Counted from the stretch's first letter, positions 49,601 to 64,000 are shown. The stretch is DNA of 64,000 bases from Azolla caroliniana (GCA_043228905.1 JBHGNT010000016.1:18166001-18230000), one strand, 5' to 3'. Numbers and translations: made by a program. Notes: generated from the letters alone by a model not told the origin.

Positions 49601-51375
49601 TATGCACCAACTCCAGTGGTGTATTACGTCTCATCGGTGGCCTCGATCGGAAGGAGGTCCGACTTTGTTTACCGGCCATACAATCAGTGCACTTCTCCAA
49701 GTGCAAGTTCTTCAATGGAATGAGGTTGTCGTCTGCAAGCCTCTTCATCCCCTTCTCGCTCATGTGACACAGCCTCTTGTGCCACAGTTCACCAGCAGTG
49801 TCGGAATCCATGTTCACTTCTTCCGGGCATAACCGGGCATTTATCAGGTACAACGTGTTGACATTCCGAGCCCGAGCCACAATTAGGCTCCCTTTGCTGA
49901 ACTTCATAACACCGTTCCAAATGCTACCCGTGTAGCCTTCATCATCTAGCCGACCAGCTGATATCAAGTTCAGACGAACCTCCGGAACGTGTCGGACATC
50001 CTTCAGCAGCAACTTGCATACGGTTGGTGTTGTCAACCACACATCTCCTATGCCGAAACTTCGGCATGTACCTTCATTCCCCATCCGGACACAGTTGTGA
50101 TCACCGGCTGAGTAGGATGAGAAGCATTTCTGGTCCGGAGTAAGGTGGAACGACGCTCCGGAGTCGACCACCTAGGTTATCTCATCGCCGCCAAGGTTTA
50201 GCTCACTCTCCTCAGTGATGAGCATGAACTCTTCTTCATTTGCCGCTATTGATGTCGTTCTCTTCCGGTCTATTCCCCTCCGGTGTTTACCATTCCGATC
50301 CGGTGTCCGCTTCGAATCGGTACCATCGGTTTCCTTGTCTTTTCGGAAGTGTCGACAGTTTTTCTAGAAGTGTCCCGGCTTGCCCCCTTGATTTTGACCG
50401 TGTCTCCAACTTCTCCCGGTTCTAGGGACTACGATTCCTTTGTCTTCCGTGTTCCGATTCGGTAATGAGCGCTTTGGAGTCAGAGTTCGTATCCTTGTCT
50501 TTCCGACACGCCTCCTCATCTAGCAAGCTCGACTTCACTCTTGCTAGGGATAATTGTTTCCCTTCCGGCCCGGCGTTGCCCAAAGTGACAACCAACGTCT
50601 CCCAGCTATCTGGGAGGGAACCGAGTAGGAGTAGTGCTAGTACCACATCGGTGAGAGGTACTTCCAATGATGTTGCCTAGTGGATCAGCCCCTGGAAGGC
50701 ATTCATGTGCTCTGCCATGTTGGAGCCATCTTGGTACCGTAGTCTTACTAGCTTCCGAAATACCGAAACCTGATTAACAACATTTTTGTTTTGAAACATA
50801 ATGTCGATCTTCTCCCAGAGCTCATGAGCCTTGCTCTCTTCATTGATGTTGTTGTATAGACTCATGTCGATGAAGCACCGTATGTACGTCGTTGTCTTCA
50901 TGTGCATCACCTCCCATATCATGGCATCGATTTTGTTCGGTCTCTTATCCCTGAACTGACCCGGCAACCAAAGATCTTTAACCACGAGCATGTCCCTCAT
51001 CTTCGACTTCCACACTAAATAGTTGGAGCCGGTGAGCTTGAACATGCCTCCCAACGAATCGTCCATTTTTCTGTGTCGTTTCGCTCTGATACCAGTTTGA
51101 AAAGAATATGATTTCCTAAGCTATCTCGGCCACAACCGAGACGTCGGATCAAGCACAGAAAACAGGGATGTGGTGAGATGTATCTACACACGAAACAGTA
51201 AAGAAGAGAGTGCACTGGATGTTAATGTGGAAAAACCCAAATCTAGGAAAAAACCACGGCAACCCTCAAACTGCAAAATATTACTATATCAATATTACAA
51301 CAATGGGGCACAAAGGCAATGACCTCTTGCTCCCTCGCTTCGCCACCAGGCGGTTACAACAGAGGCAACAACCTC

Positions 51376-51435
<60 letters not shown>

Positions 51436-51794
51436 ATACATAGTTACGCTCTGAATTATTGCCACCATGATAATAACACAACCAACTCTACATCATAATT
51501 ATTAAGTTTGTCCTAGGTCATATTTATACTAATATGACTTTCGGGTTATTTACAAATATAGCCCCAATGGGCTCTATGGAACATATTTACATATATGTCC
51601 CTTCATCCGGTGAGAGGTTCTCACCGGGCCTGCAACATTCGGTTCTCACCAGGTCTTCCTTGCCGGGTACTCGTCATCCGGTTCTCACCGGGTCTTCCGT
51701 TGTCGGGTACTCCACATCCGGATTCGGCCTCAGCCGAGTTGCTCATCAACACTATTCTTCTCACTTCCCATCAGGAGGGACCTGTTTCCTAACA
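46639..51794 (-). mobile_element. Copia element (5' LTR 51098-51794; 3' LTR 46639-~47276 fused to RNase H by deletion; TSD CCATG)
   Basis: PBS tggtatcagagc (minus) ~51083-51094; gag 50677-51066; integrase 48714-50171; RT/RNase H 47277-48568. Confidence 0.92.
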
Positions 51795-51975
51795 CCATGC
51801 TCGGGCCGTCTTGATACCAGAGTCTTATTCTTCTTCTTAAAGACTGAGACTTTGTTCACTGCATTTTTTTTCTCGTCATTACCCTAATCTTCTTCAAGAG
51901 GACGTCGGATTCTGTTTCTTCACCAAAGTTGTTGTTGTACAGACTCATGTCTATAAAATACCTTATATATGCGGC

Positions 51976-54900
51976 CACCTGTTGGCGAAGATTGAGAGCA
52001 CAAGGTGGTTGCCTTTGTGACTTATTACTGTAATCTTTACATAATGATACTTTGGAGTCCGTGGGCTCCCATGGTTTTTCCCTGTTTAGGGTTTTTCCAC
52101 ATAAACATATTGTGTCCTCTCTTTCAGTGTTTTGTGTATACATGCATCTATCTCCACATTCCCATTTCTATGTTTGTAATTCTCAACAAAGTGATTGAAG
52201 ACTCGGTTGTGCTCGAGCAATATTCTACATATTCTCTACAAACTGGTATCAGAGTGAACAACATAGGAAATGGAAGAATCGTTTGGCAGCATGTTCAAGC
52301 TCACCGGCTCCAACTACTCAGTGTGGAAGTCGAAGATGATGGACATGCTGGTGATTAAAGATCTTTGGTTGCCGGTTCAATTCAGGGACAAGAGACCGGA
52401 CAAGATCGATGCCACAGTGTGGGAGGTGATGCACATGAAGACGACAACATACATCCGGTGCTTCATCAACATGAGCCTGTACAACAACTTCAACGAGGAG
52501 AGTAAGGCTCATGAGCTCTAGGAGAAGATCAACATCATGTTCCAGAACAAGAATGGTGTTAATTGGGTTTCGGTATTCCGAAAGCTAGTGAGGCTCTAGT
52601 ACCAAGATGGCTCCAGCATGGCGGAGCACATGAATGCCTCGAGGGTTGATACACCAAGCAACCTTGTTGGAAGTACCTCTCGCCGATGAGGTACTTGCTC
52701 TAATCCTGCTTAGTTCCCTCCCGGATAGGTGGGAGACGTTAGTTGTCACGTTGGGCAACGCCCGGCCGAAAGGAAAACAGTTATCCCTAGCAAGAGTCAA
52801 GTTGAGCTTGCTAGATGAGGAGGCGCGTCGGAAAGACAAGGATACAAGCTCTGACTCCAAAGAACTCCTTACCGAAGCGGAATGCGGAAGACAAAGGAAC
52901 CGAAGTCCCCATAACTGGGAAAAGTCGGGGACACGGTCAAAGTCAAGGAGAAGGCCCAATTGCTCTACTGTTGGAAGCCCAAGCACTTCCAGAAGAGCTG
53001 TTGGCATTTCTAGAAAGACAAGGAAACCGACAAGACCGATTCGAAGCGGTCACCGGACCGGAACGGCAAAGACCGTAGAGGACCAGACCAGAAGGGAATG
53101 ACAACAATTGCAGCAAGTGAAGAGGAGTTGATGCTTATCACCGAGGAGAGTGAGTTGAACCTTGCCGACGACGAGACAACGTGGGTTGTCGATTCCGGAG
53201 CGTCGTTCCACCTAACTCCGGACTGGAAATGCTTCTCATCCTACACAGCCGCATGGCTGTGTCCGTATGGAGAATGAAGGTACATGCTGAATTGTTGGCA
53301 TAGGAGCCATGTCGCTGACAAAACTAGATGCAAGTTGCTGCTGAAGGATGTCTGACACATTCCGAAGGTTCGACTGAACCTCATATCAGCCGGTCGGCTA
53401 GATGAAGAAGGCTACACGGGTAGCATCCGGAACAGTCTCATGAAGTTCATCAAGGGGAGCCTGATAGTGCCTCGGGCCCGGAAGGTCAACACAGTGTACT
53501 TGATGAATGCCCGGTTATGCCCGGAAGAAGTGAACGTTGCTTCCAACACTGCTGGTGAACTGTGGCACAAGAGACTGTGTCACATGAGTGAGAAGGGGAT
53601 GAGGAGGCTAGTCGAAGACAACCTCATTCCGGTGAAGGACGTGCATCTTCAGAAGTGCACCGACTGCCTGGCCGGTAAGCAGAACTGGACCTCCTTCTGA
53701 TCAACGCCACTGATGAGACGTAATGCACCACTGGAGTTGGTGCATACTGATGTGTGTCAAGTGGACACGAAGTCACATGCCGGATCGCAGTACTTCGTGA
53801 CGTTCATAGATGACTACAGCCGGAAGCTGTGGTCCATACCGCTGAAGACGAAGGATCATGTGTTTTCCGTCTTCAAGGAGGTCCATGCGAGAGTGGAAAG
53901 AGAAACTGGCCGTAAGCTGAAGGTGGTTCGAGCAGATAACAGAGGAGAATAGCGGGGGTTGTTCGAGGAGTACCGTGCCAAAGTGAATCCAGCTCGAATT
54001 TACCGTGCCGAAGACGCCGGAACTCAATGGGCTGGCCAAGAGGATGAACCGGACCATAATGGAGAGGGTCCGCAGTATGCTAGCACATCCCAAGTTACTC
54101 AAGACGTTTTGGGCTAAGGCGCTGGCGACAGCGATGTACGTGATACACAGATCACCCTCAGTACCCTTGGACGGAGACACGCCGCAGAGAGTGTGAACCT
54201 TTAAGGAAGTGTCTTACCGGCATCTGAAGGTGTTCGGGTGTCTCGCTTACATGCATGTGGCAAAGGACCGGAGAGCAAAGTTGGAGCGAAAGTCCGGGCC
54301 TTGCATATTCCTCGGATACGGCGATGATGAGTTCGGTTACCGAGTGTAAGACCTTGTAACCAAGAAGGTGTTCCGGAGTCGACATATTATCTTCATGGAG
54401 GACAAGACCCTTGCCGACTGGGAGTCGGAGAAGAAGATAATGAACTCCGAGTTGACCGGTAAGGATTGATTTGATAAGATTCGGACCTATCTCGCTAAGA
54501 TCCGATTGACACTCGAAGATCCGGCTAGTTACGGTGAGGATACCAAACTAGTAGAAGAAGAAGAGGAAGCTGGAACTGGAACCGGCCAAGATCCCGAATC
54601 AAATTCGGATGAAGAACAGACGCAGGAGCCGGTTACCGAAAACCGAAGTCGGATATATCCTCTCATAGAGAGAAGGGTCCCCCGAAGATTTCCGGATGGA
54701 GAGCATGTGTTGCGAACCGATGAAGGGGAGCCGAAAAGCTTTGAAGAAGCAAGGCGAGACACCCACAACCGCATGTGGTTGAGTGCCATGTAGGATGAGA
54801 TGGATTCCTTGCATGAGAACCACACATACAAATTTGTGGAGTTGTCGAAAGGAAAGAGGGACCTCCGGGAACAAGTGGGTGTACAAGCTGAAACCGGGAG

Positions 54901-56864
54901 ATGCCGGTAACCCCCCAAGATACAAAGCCAAAATCGTGGTGAAGGGGTTCTAGCAGAAGAAGGGCGTGGACTTCGATGAGATATTTGCCCCGGTAGTAAA
55001 GATGACTTCCATCTAGACGGTGATGAGCATAGCGACAAGTATGGACCTTGAGGTAGAGCAGTTAGACGTGATGACTGCGTTCCTCCATGGCAACCTCGAA
55101 GAGGAGATCTACATGCAGCAACCAGAGGGATTTGTGAAGAAAGGGAAGGAGCAACTGGTTTGCCGGTTGAAGAAGAGCCTCTACGGTTTGAAGCAGGCTC
55201 CTCGGCAATGGTACCGGAAGTTCGACTCCTTCATGACCGATCAAGGGTACCACAAGATGCAAGTTGATCACTACGTATTTGTGAAGAAGTTTGAAGGTGA
55301 AGACTTCCTGATACTCCTTCTGTACGTGGACGACATGTTGATCGTCGAACGAGACCAAGTCAAGATACGGATGCTGAAGAAGGCTCTAAACCAGACCTTC
55401 TCAATGAAAGACTTGGGTCCGGAAAGACAGATATTGGGGATGCATATCATCCGGGACCGGTCAAAGAAGCATTTGTGGTTGTCATTAGAGAAATACTTGA
55501 CAAAGGTGCTTCAACAGTTCAACATGTCAGATGCGAAACCGGTCGGATCGACACTCCCGGGAAACTGCAGATTATCCGGTAAGCAAAGCCCGAAGACGAA
55601 GGTAGAGAAGGTGGATATGATGAAGATAGCATATGCCTCTGATGTTGGTAGCTTGATGTACGCAATGGTGTGTACTCGACCGGATATCGGATACGCAGTA
55701 GGAGTGGTGAGCCGGTTCATGAGCAATCCCGGCAAGGAGCACTGGAATGCGGTAAAATGGATACTCAATTACTTGAAGGGCACTTCGAGTATGTGACTCC
55801 AATTCGGCTCAGTAAAGCCCAACTCGACGGATTCACGATTCAGACATGTCGGCTGATGCGGAAACCAACCGGTCAACATCCAAATATATCATGACATATG
55901 CAAGGGGGGAGCTGTTTCGTGGCAGTCGAGGCTGTCGAAGGCATTTGCATTGTCAAACACAGAAGCGGCGTACATGGCAGCTGTGGAAGCCGGCAAGGAA
56001 ATACTGTGGATGAAGGACTTCGTCGGAGAGCTAGGGCTCCGGCAAGAGGAATACCGGCTCTACTCCGATAGCTAGAGTGCCATCCACCTTGCAAAGAACG
56101 CTGCCTATCATTCCAGGACAAAGCACATCCAGCGCAGGTACCATAGGACCCGGGAGCGAGTAGAAGATCGGGAGTTCGTACTGACGAAAATACACACGGA
56201 GGAGAACGGGTCAGATATGCTGACCAAAGTGCTGACACCCGACAAGCTAGATGCATGCAAGAAAAGGATCGGATTGATGAGGCATCCCATGCCAGAGTGA
56301 AGGGGGAGTTTGTTAGGATTTTGGTACCTCCGGATGGGATATGAGTACCCGGCAACGGAAGACCCAATGAGAACCGGATGACGCCAACCTGGTGAGAACC
56401 TCTCACTGAATGAAAGGACATATATGTAAATATGTTTCTGTTAGCCCATTGTGGCTATATTTGAAAATAGCCCAAAAGTCATATTAGTATAAATATGACC
56501 TAGGGAAAACAGAGTTTGTGTGTTGCATATTGTTGTAACTATTGTACAAAGCGTAACAGAGAGAGAGAGAGAGAGACCTTGAACAGTCTCTGTTGTAACC
56601 GCCTGTTGGCGAAGATTGAGAGCATAAGGTTGTTGCCTTTGTGACTTATTACTGTAATCTTTACATAGTGATACTTTGGAGTCTGTGGGCTCCCGTAGTT
56701 TTTCCCCGTTTAGGGTTTTTCCACGTAAACATACTATGTACTCTCTTTTAGTGTTCTGTGTATACGTGCATCTATCTCCACATTCCCATTTCTATGTTTG
56801 TAATTCTCAACGAAGTGATTGAAGACTCGGTTTTCGCCGAGCATTATTTCGCATATTTTCTACA
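51976..56864 (+). mobile_element. Copia element (partial 5' LTR to 52240, PBS, decayed gag-pol, PPT, 3' LTR 56311-56864)
   Basis: tggtatcagag at 52244; LLYVDD; gaagggggag PPT; LTR 3' halves match. Confidence 0.9.
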
Positions 56865-59600
56865 CATGTCGCTGAACAAGTCTTCCATAGCTCTGACAAG
56901 TCAGGCGCTGCCGAGTTGGTGCTAGAGGTTTCAACTACCCGTGAAGCTGATCTCGTGTTGTGTGTTGGGCCTTCATGAAGGGTCAGCACTTCCGAAAAAG
57001 TTACCCTTCGGACATTGATAGGACTTTCGGCCGTCTTGTGGATAGCCGAATCATTGAACACAACGTTTGAACTTCGGATGATCTATTTGTTCTCGGGGTC
57101 CCAGAGTCGGTATCTGATTTCTCCATTTGGTCCATAACGGAGGAAAACACATGGTTCGAGTTTTCGGTGATCATCCTTCGAATTGAGGGTGTACTCCTCG
57201 CATCCGAAAATCCTCAACTTGTCGTAATTCGGGTTGCTACCAGTCCATAATTCCTGAGGTATTCAAAGTCCTAGAGGTGTACTTGGCAACATATTAATTA
57301 TGTGTACTATCATAAGTAGGGCCTCTGCCGAGAAGCCATCCGAATGTCCGGAGTGTTGGAGCATGGAAACTATCTTTTCCTGAATTGTCTGATTCATCCG
57401 CTCGACAATGTGGACTCGATTCGCTCAATGCTTATGTCGGGTGGGAGGTCACAACTTGTTTTCCGTACTGGCAATGTTTGCAGAATTGATGATCTGAGAA
57501 GGAGAGTTTGGGGATGTATCCAGCTTTGGATAGGTGCGTAATGTCATCCTTGCTTAGGTGTATGAGTCATCCATCCCATAGCGATGACATGGGAATATCA
57601 ACTAGGAACAAGTCACCCTCTCTGAGCGTGACATATAACAGGTACAACAAATGTACTTTCGGTCCTCGAGGAAGCAGAAGGTTCCCTCTGTGGAGTGTCC
57701 ACCCTCTTGATGAGAAGTTGGCACGGATGTCATCTTCGTCCAATTGTCCGACTGACAACACTCTACCATAGCCAGCCATTCCTAGAAGATCAACAACACT
57801 CGATCTTTCATTCTGGCCGGGTATGCCCACATTTTCCTGGTCGAGTCATCAACGAAGTTAACAAAGTAGGAGGCGCTACCAAGGGACTGATGTGGCATCA
57901 AGCCACAAACATCCGAATGGACTAAATCAAGTGGACTTGATTCTATTGGCGATGCCATCGGGTGTGAGGTTGCGACTTGTTTGCCATATTTACAATGCTC
58001 GCAGAACTGGTGATCCGAGAAGGAGATTTTGCGGCCCTGGATAAGTGTTATGAAGTCCTTGCTAAGGTGTCCGAGTCGTCCTTGCCATAGAGATGACACG
58101 GGAATATCAACTAAGAACAAGTCACCCTCTTTGAGTGTGACATATAATGGGTACAATAAGTGTACTTTTGAACCTCGAGCAAGTAGGAGGTTCCCCCTGT
58201 GAAGTGTCCATCCTCCTAAAGAGAAGCTAGCATGCATGTCGTCTTCATCTAATTGTCCGATTAAGATCAATGGTCTTGAGAGCTCAGGTACATGTCAGAC
58301 ATTGTGTAGTACCAATGTAGAGCCCCCCAGAAGGTTGAGCTCTATTGTGCCGATCCCGATAATCGCGCAGTGTTACAAATTTTCGACTCGAACTGAGTCG
58401 AAGTGTCGTGGCGAGTATTGGGATGGATGAGGGGTCACATGAAAGGACGCACCCAAATCCAAGAGCCATGTGCTCGATTCCTTTGTCGTAAGTAGAACTT
58501 CTGATTCAATTGGGTTTTCAATGGATAGAATGTTCAGGTCGTTCGACAATACTTTGGCTAAAGAGCCGATGTAGTTGACCTCTTCATGCCGGCATCTATT
58601 CTAATCAGCTCATTGAGCCTCGTCATTCTTAACCTTGAGTGCGCGGCAATCAGCTTTGATGTGTCCGGATTTCTTGCAGTAGTTCCAGACTCGATTATGT
58701 TGGGATTTGCTACGACTTTGCTAGCTGTTCGGCTATCGTGAAGAGCCTCTTCCTCGGTTGTTCGATCGGTTGGTCGAACCTTGTACTACATAAGCATCGT
58801 TGGTTGAATCGTTTGCAAATGATTTTCTCCGACCTTCTTGAGTCAAACATGCACTCGTGACTGAGGAGTATTTAACGGCCGCAGTCGATGCATTGCACAC
58901 AATTGTGACGAAAGTTTCCCACGAAGGAGGAATACTACTCATGAGTAGCATTGCTTTCAGTTAGTGTTCGATTCTTGTCCCCTGGGCTGCAATTTGTGAC
59001 TCGTTCAAGCTTTTGTACTCGTTCAAGTCAGATTCTTTCATCCTAAGATTATAAAGGCGCCGAATCAGATATATCTTTGTAGCGATGACCTTCTTTTCGC
59101 AGGTGTCCAAAAGTGTTTTCAATAGTTGAAAGGCAGTCGAATACATTTGCACAGTGAAGTACATGGAATCTGACAGGTGCATCCGAATTGTGGCACAAAC
59201 AATTTTGTCTAGCTTCTGCCATTCAAGCAACTTGTATCCTTCTGGAGTGTTTTCGTTTTCGATGGGGTCGATTTGCCCCTTGACTATCAGATAGTCTTCC
59301 ATTTGCTCCTTCCAGAAGTTGAAGTTCGATCCGTCGAACTTCCTCAAACTCATCTCTAACGTGTCAGATGTTGATGCCATTTGTGTCAGTAGGGTGAACT
59401 CTGTTTGGGGTTGACTATGAATGGTGGTTGGGTGCAACAGACTGGCTCACCTGAATTGTTCTAGTCAGATTCAAACACAAGTTTAACTGAGTTCGACTAA
59501 TTGGCGGATTCTGTTTGAGGTGGTTATAGTCGATTGACTTAGCCAAATTGAACACGAATGCAAATATTAGCCAATAGGATTTTGCATGTTGTGAGATTCG
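56865..59600 (-). pseudogene. Copia gag/integrase fragments with an internal duplication
   Basis: KFDGSNFNFWK gag; CEHC..LDLVHSDVCG; GWTLHRGNLLL segment present twice (~57560-57760 and ~58070-58260). Confidence 0.8.
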
Positions 59601-59634
59601 ATCTGAAGTGGGGGACCATTTTTTCCCAAAAAAA

Positions 59635-60560
59635 AGGTTGATAATGTGCACAATTGTAAACATTGCCTCTGCCCAAAATGTCCACGACAACTTTGCATGA
59701 GAGAGCATACATCTGATCCTTTCATTTATTGTTCTATTTGTTCTCTTTGCAACTGCATTCAGCTGAAGTGTCTTTGGAATTGTTTTCTCAAGCTTGATAC
59801 CTTGAGCCTTGCAATAGGCCTGAAATGGTCCTCTATACTCACCACAATTGTCTGATCTCACACTCTTCAATTTTCTACTAGTTTCTCTTCCAACTTTGGC
59901 TAAAAATTACTGAAATGCTTGAAATACCTAATCTTTAGTTTTCAACACAAAAGCCCATACCTTTCTAGTATGATCATCGATAAAGGTAACAAAATATTGT
60001 GCACCACCAAGTGATCTAATATCCATAGAGCACACACCAATATGAACGAGATCAAGTGTATTCTTCATTCTGGAAGGTGGACGTGTGTGAAAAGCAACTC
60101 TATGTTGTTTTCGAGGTAAACAATCAACACAAGGTTTCAAGTTCATACCTACAATATCAGAGAGGAAGTTCTTCTTCAAAAGAATCTCCATACCTTTCAA
60201 ACTCATGTGAGCAAGCCTCTTGTGCCATAATTCACTAGAATCATCATGCACCACATTGATGTCTTCTTAAAACACTCACTTGCATCACATACAAAGATCT
60301 CATCTTCTGTAGATGAGCCACTACCATTCTACCCTTGAAAAGTTTCCATTTTCTTTCACGAAGTCGATTGTAGAAACCTTCATCATCGAGCACAGAAGAC
60401 CATAATAAATTCAATATGATATCAGGAACATGTCTAACATTTCTCAGAACCAACTTGTAGTGTATGCAGGTTTCAAGATGCATTGTACCCATGCCAATAA
60501 TTTTGGATGATCCATTATTTCCCATCAACACCTGACCAAAAGCGCGACTAGTGTAGGAAA
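59635..60560 (-). pseudogene. Copia protease/integrase fragment
   Basis: LWHKRLAH, FIDDHTRK, RSDNCGEY. Confidence 0.8.
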
Positions 60561-60684
60561 ATTTACAAATATGTCCATGACAAGCACATTAGAAATACAT
60601 TTACAAATATGTCCCTGGATCCGGTGTAGTGAAGATCCATCACTACGTGCAGATTGTGAGGCGGAACCAACGGGGTTTAGGGTA

Positions 60685-62170
60685 TCTACGTTGGATGTGC
60701 TTCATCCTGGAATGATAGGCCACGTTCTTCGCAAGGTGCATGGCCCTCTTACTGTCTAAATAGAGCCAGAATTCCTCCCGCTGGATCACTAGCTCTCTGA
60801 TGAAGTCTTTCATCCAAATCACCTCTTTGTCGGCTTCTAGAGTCGTGCCATGTATTCTGCTTCCGTTGTCAACAGAGCAACAGACTTCTACAACCTCGAC
60901 TGCCATGATACGACTCCCCTTGCATATGCCATGACATATCCAAATGTAGACCGGCTAGTGTCTACATCAGCTGACATGTCTGAATCAGTGAAGCCATCCA
61001 ATAAGGGTTTACCAGAGCCAAATTGGAGGCACATGTTCGAGGTACCTTTCAGGTACTGGAGAATCCACTTGACGGTAACCCAATGCTCCTTTCCCGGATT
61101 GCTCATAAACCGGCTTACCACTCTGACTGCGTATCCGATATCCGGTTGCTTACACACCATTGCGTACATCAAGCTTTCAATGATAGAGGCATATGGTATC
61201 TTCATCATCTCCGACTTCTTTGTCTTCGTCTTCAGGCCTTGCTTTGCAAACAACTTGCAATTTGTTGGAAGTGTCGACCCGACTAGCTTCGCATCCGACA
61301 TGTTGAACCTATTAAGCACCTTTGTTATGTACTTCTCTTGTGATAGCCACAACCGTTTCTTCGACCGATCCTAAATTATATGCATCCCCAGTATCTCTCT
61401 TATCGAACCCAAATCTTCATTGAGAAGGTCCGGTTCAAGGCCTTCTTGAGCATCCCGATTTTGATTCGGTTTGATACGATGATCAACATGTCATCTACAT
61501 AGAGTAGGAGTATCAGTCTGTCGCCTCCGTCAAATTTCTTCACGAACACGCAGTGGTCGGACTGCATCTTGTGGTATCCTTGGTTGATCATGAAAGAGTC
61601 GAACTTCCGATACCATTGTTGGGGAGTTTGCTTCAATCCATATAAGCTCTTCTTCAACTGGCACACCATGTGCTCCTTCCATTTCGTGACGAATCCTTCT
61701 GGTTGTTGCATGTAGGTTTCTTTTTCAAGGTCACCGTGCAGGAACGTTGTCTTGACATTTAGCTACTTGACCTCGAGGTCCATGCTTGCCGCAATGCTAA
61801 ACACAGTCCGGATGGATGTCAACTTCACTACCGGGGCAAAGATTTCATCGAAATCCACTACTTTCTTCTACTAGAAGCCCTTCACTATGATCCAGGCTTT
61901 GTACCTCGGTGGATTTTCGACATCTCCCGGTTTCAACTTGTACACCCACTTGTTCCAGAGTGCTCTCTTTCCTATCGGCAACTCCGTCAATTCATATGTG
62001 TGGTTCTCATGCAGGGAGTCCATCTCATCCTCCATGTGGGTGTCTTTCTTTGCTTCTTTGAAGCTTTCAACCCCTCCCACCCCCCCCCACCCCTCATCGA
62101 TAAGCAATACATGCTCTGCATCCAGAAATATCTGAGGGGCTCATCTTTCGCTAAGAGGGTATCTCCGTGT
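60685..62170 (-). pseudogene. Copia RT/RNase H fragment
   Basis: LLYVDD, SLMYAMVC, FTDSDMSAD. Confidence 0.85.
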
Positions 62171-62214
62171 TGGGGACAAGGCTGTCAGTGCGGAAGAACA
62201 AACAACATCTGTGA

Positions 62215-64000
62215 TGTTGAAGAACCTGTGTATGAGAATGAAAATCAGATACACACACACAGACAGAGAGATAGGTACAAAGAAAACGATCTTAATTCTC
62301 AATAGCAATAGTTACAAGAATGACAACCAACCAACAACAACCTTTACTAAATGTTACAAATTCACTTTATATAGTGACTATCCTAGGGCAACTGCCCTTT
62401 ATGCTATTTACAGAAATAGCCCAAACTTGGGTTGTCCAAGGGACAATGTGAATACGGCCATTATACACTCGATTTCGACACTCCCCTGTAATGGGCGTAT
62501 ACATGGGTTATCTGAAATTACAGGTATATACAAGGTTTATCGGACAGATCGGTTTTGTTCGAGTCGGCAAGATCTGAAGACAGAGGACCGAACCGGTCGG
62601 GTCGGAAGAGCTGAAACTAATCCTCAAAGAACCGATGTCGGTCGTCCGAAACCATCCTATGTTGTGTGTTCGACTTTAACCGGACCGATTTTTCGTTACG
62701 CCCATCTAGTGCCGAAGGGACTGGAAGCGATCCGCCGAAAGACACTTGGTCACTCCGTCAGCGACATTATTGGTTATGGATATCTTCTCGAGACCGATTT
62801 TCCCTAAAATGACGCAGTCCCGAACAAAGTGATATCGAACGTCGATATGCTTGGACGCGTTGTGGTGAACCAGATGTTTTGACAAAGCAACAACTCCTTG
62901 ACTGTCATTGTAGAGAACTGGAGCTGAGTCGAGGTCGACTTGTTGAAACGTGTGCGCCAGTCGACCGAGCCATAAAGCTTCTTTTGCCACGTCGGACACA
63001 GCTACATATTCCACTTCGGTCGTTGAGGTGGCTGTGCACTCCTGAAGTTTCGACTTCCACGAGATTGCTCCATTGCCGAATTTGAAACAATATCCGGTTG
63101 CTAATTTCCGACTGTCCACGCAACCGGCGAAGTCTGAGTCGATGTAGCCGACTACGCCAAAAAGGTTGAGTTCAGGCTAAAAAGAATGTCGTGGTCTTTT
63201 GTGACAACTAGATATCTGAGCACATGCTTGACTGTGTTCCAGTGCGATCGGCCTGGGTTGTGCATGAATCTGCTGACGACTCCTACTACGTGAGAAATAT
63301 CACGCCGTGTTGCGACCATCGCGTACATAAGGGAGCCAACTGTCAGTGCATACGGTACCGACTTCATATCTTCCCTCTCCGGACCAGATGTCGGGTAATC
63401 TTGCTGAGAAAGCCGAAGGTTAATGGGGAGCAGGGTCGAAGCAGACTTAGCCGAATGCATGTTGAAGTGTTCCAAGACACGTTTGATGTAGTCGGTTTGA
63501 GACAAGAAAGGTTGTCGTTTATCGCGATGCCGACTAATCTTCATACCAAGTATGTGTCTTGCCGGACCAAGGTCCTTCATGGCAAACTTCAACCGCAGTT
63601 TCCGAATGAGTTTGGTGAGCTCTCCGGCATGTCAGCCAGAGAGTAGCATGTCGTCCACGTAAATGATGAGAAAGACGGGAGACCCGTGTTGAGCTGTTTT
63701 GGTGAAGAGACAGCGGTCCTCATCGCTCTTGGAGAAGCCAACCGACTGGATGAAATCATTGAACTTCTTGTACCACTGTCAGAGTGCCTGTTTCAGGCCG
63801 TATAAACTCTTCTTGAGTCGGCAGACTAAATGTTCCTGGCCAGATGCCACAAAGCCTTTCGGCTGCTCTATATAGATTTCCTCCTGTAGGTAACCGTGGA
63901 GGAATGCTGTTTTTACATCTAGCTAAATCAGCTCCATGTTTTCGGCGGCCACGACGCCGAGCATGAAACGAAGGGTTGTTATTTTCACCATTGGTGAAAA
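62215..64000 (-). mobile_element. 3' end of a copia element (LTR 62215-62480, PPT, RNase H, RT), runs off the window
   Basis: Plus-strand TGTTGAA...TTCGACA termini next to PPT ctcccct; SKHIDVRYHF; IIYVDD. Confidence 0.85.

Larger units (their letters stand above)
25754..51975 (-). mobile_element. Host copia fragments (25754-26766, 46262-46638, 51795-~51975) split by two nested insertions
   Basis: Gag/protease/integrase sequence continues across the TSDs CTTTT (26762-26766 / 46262-46266) and CCATG (46634-46638 / 51795-51799). Confidence 0.8.

Noticed and set aside
62211-62807. 198-aa plus-strand ORF
   Set aside because: It lies antisense over a copia LTR/3' UTR and has no recognisable motifs.

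Overview
This is eukaryotic, plant-type heterochromatin (the element families suggest a bryophyte or other early land plant; this is inference) with no recognisable host gene. It is a deeply nested pile of LTR retrotransposons: about 10 decayed Ty1/copia copies or fragments, two Tcn1-like chromovirus gypsy elements, and a nearly intact non-chromovirus gypsy with an FLDD reverse transcriptase. The standout is a 9.4-kb TIR DNA transposon (30008-39388) inserted into a gypsy gag. It carries two divergent genes: (+) a DD(D/E) transposase and (-) a six-exon gene encoding a ParB/Srx-like domain fused to a bacterial-type beta-class amino (N6-A/N4-C) DNA methyltransferase. The first intron of that gene holds 12 x 51-bp near-perfect palindromes. 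Other signals: antisense tRNA-like (A/B-box) cassettes in U3 of three different gypsy LTR families, heat-shock-element arrays in the chromovirus LTRs, a self-priming PBS, and a tRNA-Trp PBS with a 4-bp TSD and GGAUUUU frameshift site.
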